Shown here: piece after piece, positions 34,201 to 46,200 of the stretch | Layout: each line of letters opens with the position of its first letter | How positions within the stretch are numbered: the first letter of the stretch is position 1 | DNA from: Eledone cirrhosa | Taxonomy: Eukaryota | Assembly (NCBI GenBank): GCA_964016885.1 | Contig: OZ024743.1 | Coordinates: 139,376,001 to 139,440,000 of the forward strand | Direction of reading: 5' to 3' | DNA: 64,000 bases | The notes under the pieces: model-generated | What the model was told of the DNA's origin: nothing | What the model saw: the letters and a program-made list of their open reading frames with translations, nothing else | Databases searched by the model: none | Position numbers and translations under genes: made by a program

Positions 34201-37200
34201 GGTGTTTGGTGCTTGGTGCTTGGTGCTTGGTGTTAGGTGTTTGGAGCTTGGTGCTTGGTGTTTGGTGTTTGGTCCTTGGTGCTTGGTGTTTAGTGCTTGG
34301 TGCTTGGTGTTTGTTGTTTGGTGCTTTCTGCTTGCTGCTTGGCGTTTGGTGCTTGGTGCTTGGTGCTTGGTGTTTGGTGTTTGGTGCTAGGTGCTTGGTG
34401 TTTGGTGTTTGGTGTTTGATGCTTGGTGTTTGGTGCTTGGTGTTTGGTGTTTTGTGCTTGGTGCTTGGGGCTTGGTGTTTAGTGCTTGGTGCTTGGTGCT
34501 TGGTGTTTGGTGGTTGGTGCTTGGTGTTTGGTGTTTGGTGTTTGGTGCTTGGTGCTTGGTGTTTGGTGCTTGGTGCTTGGTGCTGGGTGGTTGGTATTTG
34601 GTGCTTGGTGCTTGGTGTTTGGTGCTTGGTGCTTGGTGCTTGGTGTTTGGTGCTTGGTGCTTGGTGCTTGGTCTTTGGTGCTTGGTGTTTGGTGCTTGGT
34701 GCTTGGTGCTTGGTGTTTGGTGGTTGGTGATTAGTGTTTGGTGCTTGGTGCTTGGGGTTTGGTGTTTGGTGCTTGGTACTTGGTGTTTGGTGCTTGGTGT
34801 TTGGTGTTTGCTGTTTGGTGTTTGGTGTTTGCTGTTTGCTGTTTGCTGTTTGCTTTTTGGTGTTTGGTGTTTGCTGTATGGTGTTTGCTGTTTGGTGTTT
34901 GGTGTTTGCTGTTTGGTGTTTGGTGTTTGCTGTTTGGTATTTGGTGCTTGGTGTTTGGTGCTTGGTGCTTGGTGTTTGGTGTTTGGTGCTTGGTGCTTGG
35001 TGTTTGGTGTTTGTTGCTTGGTGCTTGGTGCTTGGTGTTTGGTGTTTGGTGTTTGGTGCTTGGTGTCTGGTGTTTGGTGTTTGGTGTTTGGTGCTTGTTG
35101 CTTGGTGCTTGGTGCTTGGGGTTTGGTTCTTGGTTCTTGGTGTTTGGTACTTGGTGCTTGGTGTTTGGTGCTGGGTGCTTGGTGTTTGGTGCTTGGTGCT
35201 TGGTGCTTGCTGTTTGGTGTTTGGTGCTTGGTGCTTGGTGTTTGGTGTTTGGTGTTATATGCTTGGTGTTTGATGCTTGGTGCTTGGTGCTTGGTATTTG
35301 GTGTTTGGTGCTTGGTGTTTGTACTTGGTGCTTGGTTCTTGGTTCTTGGTGCTTGGTGCTTGGTGCTTGGTGCTTGGTGCTTGGTGTTTGGTGCTTGGTG
35401 TTTGGTGCTTGGTGTTTGGTGCTTGGTGCCTGGTGCTTGGTGCTTGGTGCTTGGTGTTTGGTGCTTGGTGTTTGGTGCTTGGTGTTAGGTGTTTGGTGCT
35501 TGGTGCTTGGTGTTTGGTGTTTGGTGCTTGGTGTTTGGTGCTTGGTGCTTGGTGTTTGGTGTTTGGTGCTTGGTGTTTGGTGCTTGGTACTTGGTGCTTG
35601 GTGCTTGGTGTTAGGTGTTTGGTGCTTCGTGCTTGGTGTTTGGTTTTTGGTGCTTGGTGCTTGGTGTTTGGTGTTTGGTGCTTGCTGCTGGCTGCTTGGT
35701 GTTTGGTGCTTGGTGATTGGTGCTTGGTGTTTGGTGCTTGGTGTTTGGTGTTTGGTACTAGGTGCTTGGTGTTTGGTGTTTGGTGTTTGGTGCTTGGTGT
35801 TTGGTGTTTGGTGTTTGGTGCTTGGTGCTTGGTGCTTGGTGCTGGGTGGTTGGTGTTTGGTGCTTGGTGATTAGTGTTTGGTGCTAGGTGCTTGGGGTTT
35901 GGTGTTTGGTGCTTGGTGCTTGGTGTTTGATGCTTGGTGCTTGGTGTTTGGTGCTTGGTGCTTGGTGTTTGGTGCTTGGTGCTTTGTGTTTGGTGCTTGG
36001 TGATTAGTGTTTGGTGCTTGGTGCTTGGGGTTTGGTGTTTGGTGCTTGGTGCTTGGTGTTTGTTGCTTGGTGTTTGGTGTTTGTTGATTGGTGTTTGCTG
36101 TTTGGTGCTTGGTGCTTGGTCTTTGTTGCTTGGTGTTTGGTGTTTGGTGCTTGGTGCTTTGTGTTTGGTGCTTGGTGATTAGTGTTTGGTGCTTGGTGCT
36201 TGGGGTTTGGTGTTTGGTGCTTGGTGCTTGGTGTTTGGTGCTTGGTGTTTGGTGTTTGCTGTTTGGTGTTTGGTGTTTGGTGTTTGCTGTATGGTGTTTG
36301 CTGTTTCGTGTTTGGTGTTTGCTGTTTGGTGTTTGGTGTTTGCTGTTTGGTGTTTGGTCTTTGGTGCTTGGTGTTTGGTGCTTGGTGCTTGCTGTATGGT
36401 GTTTGGTGCTTGGTGTTTGGTGTTTGGTGCTTGGTGCTTGGTGCTTGGTGTTTGGTGTTTGGTGTTTGGTGCTTGGTGTCTGGTGCTTGGTGTTTGGTGT
36501 TTGGTGTTTGGTGCTTGGTGTTTGGTGTTTGGTGTTTGGTGTTTGGTGCTTGTTGCTTGGTACTTGGTGCTTGGTGTTTGGTGCTTGGTGCTTGGTGTTT
36601 GGTGCTGGGTGCTTGGTGTTTGGTGCTTGGTGCTTGGTGCTTGGTGTTTGGTGTTTGGTGCTTGGTGCTTGGTGCTTGGTGTTTGGTGTTTGGTGCTTGG
36701 TGTTTCATGCTTGGTGTTTGATATTTGGTGCTTGGTGCTTGGTGTTTGGTGCTTGGTGCTTGGTGTTTGTACTTGGTGCTTGGTGCTTGGTTCTTGGTGT
36801 TTGGTGCTTGGTGCTTGGTGCTTGGTGCTTGGTGTTTGGTGCTTGGTGTTTGGTGCTTGGTGTTTGGTGCTTGGTGCCTGGTGCTTGGTGCTTGGTGCTT
36901 GGTGTTTGGTGCTTGGTGTTTGGTGCTTGGTATTAGGTGTTTGGTGCTTGGTGCTTGGTGTTTGGTGTTTGGTGCTTGGTGTTTGGTGCTTGGTGCTTGG
37001 TGTTTGGTGTTTGGTGCTTGGTGTTTGGTGCTTGGTACTTGGTGTTTGGTGCTTGGTGTTAGGTGTTTGGTGCTTGGTGCTTGGTGTTTGGTTTTTGGTG
37101 CTTGGTGCTTGGTGTTCGGTGTTTGGTGCTTGCTGCTGGCTGCTTGGTGTTTGGTGCTTGGTGATTGGTGCTTGGTGTTTGGTGCTTGGTGTTTGGTGTT

Positions 37201-40200
37201 TGGTACTAGGTGCTTGGTGCTTGGTGTTTGGTGCTTGGTGCTTGGTGTTTGGTGTTTGGTGCTTGGTGCTTGGTGTTTGGTGCTTGGTGCTGGGTGCTGG
37301 GTGGTTGGTGTTTGGTGTTTGGTGTTTGGTGCTGGGTGCTTGGTGTCTGGTGCTTGGTGCTTGGTCTTTGGTGTTTGGTGTTTGGTGTTTGGTGCTTGGT
37401 GCTTGGTGCTTGGTGTTTGGTGCTTGGTGCTTGGTGTTTGGTGCTTGGTGCTTAGTGTTTGGTGCTAGGTGCTTGGGGTTTGGTGTTTGGTGCTTGGTGC
37501 TTGGTGTTTGGTGCTTGGTGCTTGGTGTTTGGTGCTTGGTGCTTGGTGCTTGGTGTTTGGTGTTTGGTGTTTGCTGTTTGGTGTTTGGTGTTTGGTGTTT
37601 GCTGTTTGGTGTCTGCTTTTTGGTGTTTGGTGTTGGCTGTATGTTATTTGCTGTTTGGTGTTTGGTGTTTGTTGTTTGGTGCTTGGTGCTTGGTGTTTGG
37701 TGTTTGGTGCTTGGTGTTTTGTGTTTGGTGTTTGGTTTTTGGTGCTTGGTGCTTGGTGCTTGTTGCTTGGTCCTTGGTGTTTGGTGCTTGGTGCTTGGTG
37801 TTTGTACTTGGTGCTTGGTGCTTGGTGTTTGGTTCTTGGTTCTTGGTGTTTGGTACTTGGTGCTTGGTGCTTGGTGCTTGGTGTTTGGTGTTTGGTGCTT
37901 GGTGTTTGGTGCTTGGTGCTTGGTGCTTGGTGTTAGGTGTTTGGTGCTTGGTGCTTGGTGTTTGGTGCTTGGTGTTTGGTGTTTGCTGTTTGGTGTTTGG
38001 TGTTTGGTGTTTGGTGTTTGCTGTTTGGTGTCTGCTTTTTGGTGTTTGGTGTTTGCTGTATGGTGTTTGCTGTTTCGTGTTTGGTGTTTGCTGTTTGGTG
38101 TTTGGTGTTTGCTGTTTGGTGTTTGGTCTTTGGTGCTTGGTGTTTGGTGCTCGGTGCTTGGTGTTTGGTGTTTGGTGCTTGGTGCTTGGTGCTTCGTGTT
38201 TGGTGTTTGGTGCTTGGTGTCTGGAGCTTGGTGTTTGGTGTTTGGTGCTTGGTGTTTGGTGTTTGGTGCTTGGTGCTTGGTGTTTGGTGCTTGGTTCTTG
38301 GTGTTTGGTGCTTGGTGTTTGGTGCTTGGTGCTTGGTGTTTGGTGCTTGGTGCTTGGTGTTTGGTGTTTGGTGCTTGGTGCTTGGTGCTTGGTGTTTGAT
38401 GTTTGGTGCTTGGTGCTTGGTGTTTGGTGTTTGGTTCTTGGTGCTTGGTATTTGGTGCTTGGTGCTTGCTGCTTGGTGTTTGGTGCTTGGTGATTGATGC
38501 TTGGTGTTTGATGCTTGGTGCTTGGTGTTTGGTTTTTGGTGCTAGGTGCTTGGTGCTTGGTGTTTGGTGCTTGGTGTTTGGTGTTTGCTGCTTGGTGCTT
38601 GGGGCTTGGTGTTTGGTACTTGGTGCTTGGTGCTTGGTGTTTGGTGCTTGGTGCTTGGTGTATGGTGTTTGGTGTTTGGTGCTTGGTGTTTGGTGTTTGG
38701 TGCTTGGTGCTTGGTGTTTGTTGCTTGGTACTTGGTTCATGGTGTTTGGTGCTGGGTGCTTGGTGTTTGGTGCTTGGTGCTTGGTGTTTGGTGTTTGGTG
38801 CTTGGTGTTTGGTGTTTGGTGCTTGGTGCTTGGTGTTTGTTGCTTGGTACTTGGTGCATGGTGTTTGGTGCTGGGTGCTTGGTGTTTGGTGCTTGGTGTT
38901 TGGTGCTTGGTGCTTGGTGTTTGGTGTTTGGTGTTTGATGCTTGGTGCTTGGTGCTTGGTGTTTGGTGCTTGGTGTTTGTACTTGGTGCTTGGTGTTTTG
39001 TGCTTGGTTCTTTGTGTTTGGTGTTTGGTGCTTGGTGCTTGGTGCTTGGTGTTAGGTGTTTGGAGCTTGGTGCTTGGTGTTTGGTGTTTGGTCCTAGGTG
39101 CTTGGTGTTTAGTGCTTGGTGCTTGGTGTTTGTTGTTTGGTGCTTTCTGCTTGCTGCTTGGCGTTTGGTGCTTGGTGCTTGGTGTTTGGTGTTTGGTGTT
39201 TGATGCTTGGTGTTTGGTGCTTGGTGTTTGGTGTTTTGTGCTTGGTGCTTGGGGCTTGGTGTTTAGTGCTTGGTGCTTGGTGCTTGGTGTTTGGTGGTTG
39301 GTGCTTGGTGTTTGGTGTTTGGTGTTTGGTGCTTGGTGCTTGGTGTTTGGTGCTTGGTGCTTGGTGCTGGGTGGTTGGTATTTGGTGCTTGGTGCTTGGT
39401 GTTTGGTGCTTGGTGCTTGGTCCTTGGTGTTTGGTGCTTGGTGCTTGGTGCTTGGTCTTTGGTGCTTGGTGTTTGGTGCTTGGTGCTTGGTGCTTGGTGT
39501 TTGGTGGTTGGTGATTAGTGTTTGGTGCTTGGTGCTTGGGGTTTGGTGTTTGGTGCTTGGTACTTGGTGTTTGGTGCTTGGTGTTTGGTGTTTGCTGTTT
39601 GGTGTTTGGTGTTTGCTGTTTGCTGTTTGCTGTTTGCTTTTTGGTGTTTGGTGTTTGCTGTATGGTGTTTGCTGTTTGGTGTTTGGTGTTTGCTGTTTGG
39701 TGTTTGGTGTTTGCTGTTTGGTATTTGGTGCTTGGTGTTTGGTGCTTGGTGCTTGGTGTTTGGTGTTTGGTGCTTGGTGCTTGGTGTTTGGTGTTTGTTG
39801 CTTGGTGCTTGGTGCTTGGTGTTTGGTGTTTGGTGTTTGGTGCTTGGTGTCTGGTGTTTGGTGTTTGGTGTTTGGTGCTTGTTGCTTGGTGCTTGGTGCT
39901 TGGGGTTTGGTTCTTGGTTCTTGGTGTTTGGTACTTGGTGCTTGGTGTTTGGTGCTGGGTGCTTGGTGTTTGGTGCTTGGTGCTTGGTGCTTGCTGTTTG
40001 GTGTTTGGTGCTTGGTGCTTGGTGTTTGGTGTTTGGTGTTATATGCTTGGTGTTTGATGCTTGGTGCTTGGTGCTTGGTATTTGGTGTTTGGTGCTTGGT
40101 GTTTGTACTTGGTGCTTGGTTCTTGGTTCTTGGTGCTTGGTGCTTGGTGCTTGGTGCTTGGTGCTTGGTGTTTGGTGCTTGGTGTTTGGTGCTTGGTGTT

Positions 40201-41400
40201 TGGTGCTTGGTGCCTGGTGCTTGGTGCTTGGTGCTTGGTGTTTGGTGCTTGGTGTTTGGTGCTTGGTGTTAGGTGTTTGGTGCTTGGTGCTTGGTGTTTG
40301 GTGTTTGGTGCTTGGTGTTTGGTGCTTGGTGCTTGGTGTTTGGTGTTTGGTGCTTGGTGTTTGGTGCTTGGTACTTGGTGCTTGGTGCTTGGTGTTAGGT
40401 GTTTGGTGCTTCGTGCTTGGTGTTTGGTTTTTGGTGCTTGGTGCTTGGTGTTTGGTGTTTGGTGCTTGCTGCTGGCTGCTTGGTGTTTGGTGCTTGGTGT
40501 TTGGTGTTTGGTACTAGGTGCTTGGTGTTTGGTGTTTGGTGTTTGGTGCTTGGTGTTTGGTGTTTGGTGTTTGGTGCTTGGTGCTTGGTGCTTGGTGCTG
40601 GGTGGTTGGTGTTTGGTGCTTGGTGATTAGTGTTTGGTGCTAGGTGCTTGGGGTTTGGTGTTTGGTGCTTGGTGCTTGGTGTTTGATGCTTGGTGCTTGG
40701 TGTTTGGTGCTTGGTGCTTGGTGTTTGGTGCTTGGTGCTTTGTGTTTGGTGCTTGGTGATTAGTGTTTGGTGCTTGGTGCTTGGGGTTTGGTGTTTGGTG
40801 CTTGGTGCTTGGTGTTTGTTGCTTGGTGTTTGGTGTTTGTTGATTGGTGTTTGCTGTTTGGTGCTTGGTGCTTGGTCTTTGTTGCTTGGTGTTTGGTGTT
40901 TGGTGCTTGGTGCTTTGTGTTTGGTGCTTGGTGATTAGTGTTTGGTGCTTGGTGCTTGGGGTTTGGTGTTTGGTGCTTGGTGCTTGGTGTTTGGTGCTTG
41001 GTGTTTGGTGTTTGCTGTTTGGTGTTTGGTGTTTGGTGTTTGCTGTATGGTGTTTGCTGTTTCGTGTTTGGTGTTTGCTGTTTGGTGTTTGGTGTTTGCT
41101 GTTTGGTGTTTGGTCTTTGGTGCTTGGTGTTTGGTGCTTGGTGCTTGCTGTATGGTGTTTGGTGCTTGGTGTTTGGTGTTTGTGCTTGGTGCTTGGTGCT
41201 TGGTGTTTGGTGTTTGGTGTTTGGTGCTTGGTGTCTGGTGCTTGGTGTTTGGTGTTTGGTGTTTGGTGCTTGGTGTTTGGTGTTTGGTGTTTGGTGTTTG
41301 GTGCTTGTTGCTTGGTACTTGGTGCTTGGTGTTTGGTGCTTGGTGCTTGGTGTTTGGTGCTGGGTGCTTGGTGTTTGGTGCTTGGTGCTTGGTGCTTGGT
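31300..41400 (+). repeat. More diverged tandem duplication, unit ~4.76-4.87 kb
   Basis: ORF pairs 31314/36182 (4868), 32356/37210 (4854), 33118/37937 (4819), 34734/39518 (4784) and 35934/40690 (4756). Offsets differ by multiples of 7. Confidence 0.8.
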
Positions 41401-44400
41401 GTTTGGTGTTTGCTGTTTGGTGTCTGCTTTTTGGTGTTTGGTGTTTGCTGTATGGTGTTTGCTGTTTCGTGTTTGGTGTTTGCTGTTTGGTGTTTGGTGT
41501 TTGCTGTTTGGTGTTTGGTCTTTGGTGCTTGGTGTTTGGTGCTCGGTGCTTGGTGTTTGGTGTTTGGTGCTTGGTGCTTGGTGCTTCGTGTTTGGTGTTT
41601 GGTGCTTGGTGTCTGGAGCTTGGTGTTTGGTGTTTGGTGCTTGGTGTTTGGTGTTTGGTGCTTGGTGCTTGGTGTTTGGTGCTTGGTTCTTGGTGTTTGG
41701 TGCTTGGTGTTTGGTGCTTGGTGCTTGGTGTTTGGTGCTTGGTGCTTGGTGTTTGGTGTTTGGTGCTTGGTGCTTGGTGCTTGGTGTTTGATGTTTGGTG
41801 CTTGGTGCTTGGTGTTTGGTGTTTGGTTCTTGGTACTTGGTATTTGGTGCTTGGTGCTTGCTGCTTGGTGTTTGGTGCTTGGTGATTGATGCTTGGTGTT
41901 TGATGCTTGGTGCTTGGTGTTTGGTTTTTGGTGCTAGGTGCTTGGTGCTTGGTGTTTGGTGCTTGGTGTTTGGTGTTTGCTGCTTGGTGCTTGGGGCTTG
42001 GTGTTTGGTACTTGGTGCTTGGTGCTTGGTGTTTGGTGCTTGGTGCTTGGTGTATGGTGTTTGGTGTTTGGTGCTTGGTGTTTGGTGTTTGGTGCTTGGT
42101 GCTTGGTGTTTGTTGCTTGGTACTTGGTTCTTGGTGTTTGGTGCTGGGTGCTTGGTGTTTGGTGCTTGGTGCTTGGTGTTTGGTGTTTGGTGCTTGGTGT
42201 TTGGTGTTTGGTGCTTGGTGCTTGGTGTTTGTTGCTTGGTACTTGGTGCATGGTGTTTGGTGCTGGGTGCTTGGTGTTTGGTGCTTGGTGTTTGGTGCTT
42301 GGTGCTTGGTGTTTGGTGTTTGGTGTTTGATGCTTGGTGCTTGGTGCTTGGTGTTTGGTGCTTGGTGTTTGTACTTGGTGCTTGGTGTTTTGTGCTTGGT
42401 TCTTTGTGTTTGGTGTTTGGTGCTTGGTGCTTGGTGCTTGGTGTTAGGTGTTTGGAGCTTGGTGCTTGGTGTTTGGTGTTTGGTCCTTGGTGCTTGGTGT
42501 TTAGTGCTTGGTGCTTGGTGTTTGTTGTTTGGTGCTTTCTGCTTGCTGCTTGGCGTTTGGTGCTTGGTGCTTGGTGCTTGGTGTTTGGTGTTTGGTGCTA
42601 GGTGCTTGGTGTTTGGTGTTTGGTGTTTGATGCTTGGTGTTTGGTGCTTGGTGTTTGGTGTTTTGTGCTTGGTGCTTGGGGCTTGGTGTTTAGTGCTTGG
42701 TGCTTGGTGCTTGGTGTTTGGTGGTTGGTGCTTGGTGTTTGGTGTTTGGTGTTTGGTGCTTGGTGCTTGGTGTTTGGTGCTTGGTGCTTGGTGCTGGGTG
42801 GTTGGTATTTGGTGCTTGGTGCTTGGTGTTTGGTGCTTGGTGCTTGGTGCTTGGTGTTTGGTGCTTGGTGCTTGGTGCTTGGTCTTTGGTGCTTGGTGTT
42901 TGGTGCTTGGTGCTTGGTGCTTGGTGTTTGGTGGTTGGTGATTAGTGTTTGGTGCTTGGTGCTTGGGGTTTGGTGTTTGGTGCTTGGTACTTGGTGTTTG
43001 GTGCTTGGTGTTTGGTGTTTGCTGTTTGGTGTTTGGTGTTTGCTGTTTGCTGTTTGCTGTTTGCTTTTTGGTGTTTGGTGTTTGCTGTATGGTGTTTGCT
43101 GTTTGGTGTTTGGTGTTTGCTGTTTGGTGTTTGGTGTTTGCTGTTTGGTATTTGGTGCTTGGTGTTTGGTGCTTGGTGCTTGGTGTTTGGTGTTTGGTGC
43201 TTGGTGCTTGGTGTTTGGTGTTTGTTGCTTGGTGCTTGGTGCTTGGTGTTTGGTGTTTGGTGTTTGGTGCTTGGTGTCTGGTGTTTGGTGTTTGGTGTTT
43301 GGTGCTTGTTGCTTGGTGCTTGGTGCTTGGGGTTTGGTTCTTGGTTCTTGGTGTTTGGTACTTGGTGCTTGGTGTTTGGTGCTGGGTGCTTGGTGTTTGG
43401 TGCTTGGTGCTTGGTGCTTGCTGTTTGGTGTTTGGTGCTTGGTGCTTGGTGTTTGGTGTTTGGTGTTATATGCTTGGTGTTTGATGCTTGGTGCTTGGTG
43501 CTTGGTATTTGGTGTTTGGTGCTTGGTGTTTGTACTTGGTGCTTGGTTCTTGGTTCTTGGTGCTTGGTGCTTGGTGCTTGGTGCTTGGTGCTTGGTGTTT
43601 GGTGCTTGGTGTTTGGTGCTTGGTGTTTGGTGCTTGGTGCCTGGTGCTTGGTGCTTGGTGCTTGGTGTTTGGTGCTTGGTGTTTGGTGCTTGGTGTTAGG
43701 TGTTTGGTGCTTGGTGCTTGGTGTTTGGTGTTTGGTGCTTGGTGTTTGGTGCTTGGTGCTTGGTGTTTGGTGTTTGGTGCTTGGTGTTTGGTGCTTGGTA
43801 CTTGGTGCTTGGTGCTTGGTGTTAGGTGTTTGGTGCTTCGTGCTTGGTGTTTGGTTTTTGGTGCTTGGTACTTGGTGTTTGGTGTTTGGTGCTTGCTGCT
43901 GGCTGCTTGGTGTTTGGTGCTTGGTGATTGGTGCTTGGTGTTTGGTGCTTGGTGTTTGGTGTTTGGTACTAGGTGCTTGGTGTTTGGTGTTTGGTGTTTG
44001 GTGCTTGGTGTTTGGTGTTTGGTGTTTGGTGCTTGGTGCTTGGTGCTTGGTGCTGGGTGGTTGGTGTTTGGTGCTTGGTGATTAGTGTTTGGTGCTAGGT
44101 GCTTGGGGTTTGGTGTTTGGTGCTTGGTGCTTGGTGTTTGATGCTTGGTGCTTGGTGTTTGGTGCTTGGTGCTTGGTGTTTGGTGCTTGGTGCTTTGTGT
44201 TTGGTGCTTGGTGATTAGTGTTTGGTGCTTGGTGCTTGGGGTTTGGTGTTTGGTGCTTGGTGTTTGGTGTTTGTTGATTGGTGTTTGCTGTTTGGTGCTT
44301 GGTGCTTGGTCTTTGTTGCTTGGTGTTTGGTGTTTGGTGCTTGGTGCTTTGTGTTTGGTGCTTGGTGATTAGTGTTTGGTGCTTGGTGCTTGGGGTTTGG

Positions 44401-46200
44401 TGTTTGGTGCTTGGTGCTTGGTGTTTGGTGCTTGGTGTTTGGTGTTTGCTGTTTGGTGTTTGGTGTTTGGTGTTTGCTGTATGGTGTTTGCTGTTTCGTG
44501 TTTGGTGTTTGCTGTTTGGTGTTTGGTGTTTGCTGTTTGGTGTTTGGTCTTTGGTGCTTGGTGTTTGGTGCTTGGTGCTTGCTGTATGGTGTTTGGTGCT
44601 TGGTGTTTGGTGTTTGGTGCTTGGTGCTTGGTGCTTGGTGTTTGGTGTTTGGTGTTTGGTGCTTGGTGTCTGGTGCTTGGTGTTTGGTGTTTGGTGTTTG
44701 GTGCTTGGTGTTTGGTGTTTGGTGTTTGGTGTTTGGTGCTTGTTGCTTGGTACTTGGTGCTTGGTGTTTGGTGCTTGGTGCTTGGTGTTTGGTGCTGGGT
44801 GCTTGGTGTTTGGTGCTTGGTGCTTGGTGCTTGGTGTTTGGTGTTTGGTGCTTGGTGCTTGGTGCTTGGTGTTTGGTGTTTGGTGCTTGGTGTTTTATGC
44901 TTGGTGTTTGATATTTGGTGCTTGGTGCTTGGTGTTTGGTGCTTGGTGCTTGGTGTTTGTACTTGGTGCTTGGTGCTTGGTTCTTGGTGTTTGGTGCTTG
45001 GTGCTTGGTGCTTGGTGCTTGGTGTTTGGTGCTTGGTGTTTGGTGCTTGGTGTTTGGTGCTTGGTGCCTGGTGCTTGGTGCTTGGTGCTTGGTGTTTGGT
45101 GCTTGGTGTTTGGTGCTTGGTATTAGGTGTTTGGTGCTTGGTGCTTGGTGTTTGGTGTTTGGTGCTTGGTGTTTGGTGCTTGGTGCTTGGTGTTTGGTGT
45201 TTGGTGCTTGGTGTTTGGTGCTTGGTACTTGGTGTTTGGTGCTTGGTGTTAGGTGTTTGGTGCTTGGTGCTTGGTGTTTGGTTTTTGGTGCTTGGTGCTT
45301 GGTGTTCGGTGTTTGGTGCTTGCTGCTGGCTGCTTGGTGTTTGGTGCTTGGTGATTGGTGCTTGGTGTTTGGTGCTTGGTGTTTGGTGTTTGGTACTAGG
45401 TGCTTGGTGCTTGGTGTTTGGTGCTTGGTGCTTGGTGTTTGGTGTTTGGTGCTTGGTGCTTGGTGTTTGGTGCTTGGTGCTGGGTGCTGGGTGGTTGGTG
45501 TTTGGTGTTTGGTGTTTGGTGCTGGGTGCTTGGTGTCTGGTGCTTGGTGCTTGGTCTTTGGTGTTTGGTGTTTGGTGTTTGGTGCTTGGTGCTTGGTGCT
45601 TGGTGTTTGGTGCTTGGTGCTTGGTGTTTGGTGCTTGGTGCTTAGTGTTTGGTGCTAGGTGCTTGGGGTTTGGTGTTTGGTGCTTGGTGCTTGGTGTTTG
45701 GTGCTTGGTGCTTGGTGTTTGGTGCTTGGTGCTTGGTGCTTGGTGTTTGGTGTTTGGTGTTTGCTGTTTGGTGTTTGGTGTTTGGTGTTTGCTGTTTGGT
45801 GTCTGCTTTTTGGTGTTTGGTGTTGGCTGTATGTTATTTGCTGTTTGGTGTTTGGTGTTTGGTGTTTGGTGCTTGGTGCTTGGTGTTTGGTGTTTGGTGC
45901 TTGGTGCTTGGAGTTTGGTGTTTGGTGCTTGGTGCTTGGTGTTTTGTGTTTGGTGTTTGGTTTTTGGTGCTTGGTGCTTGGTGCTTGTTGCTTGGTCCTT
46001 GGTGTTTGGTGCTTGGTGCTTGGTGTTTGTACTTGGTGCTTGGTGCTTGGTGTTTGGTTCTTGGTTCTTGGTGTTTGGTACTTGGTGCTTGGTGCTTGGT
46101 GCTTGGTGTTTGGTGTTTGGTGCTTGGTGTTTGGTGCTTGGTGCTTGGTGCTTGGTGTTAGGTGTTTGGTGCTTGGTGCTTGGTGTTTGGTGCTTGGTGT
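41400..46200 (+). repeat. Further copy of ~33190-38000 (offset 8211/8190)
   Basis: ORF pairs 33584/41795, 34391/42602, 35277/43488 (8211) and 36182/44372, 36725/44915 (8190). Confidence 0.85.

Noticed and set aside
36179-38740. 853-aa minus-strand ORF resembling a mucin-like or surface repeat protein (also 18765..20501 and others)
   Set aside because: It starts at a chance CAT variant, has no signal peptide or unique domain, and homologous blocks are interrupted or shifted in frame.
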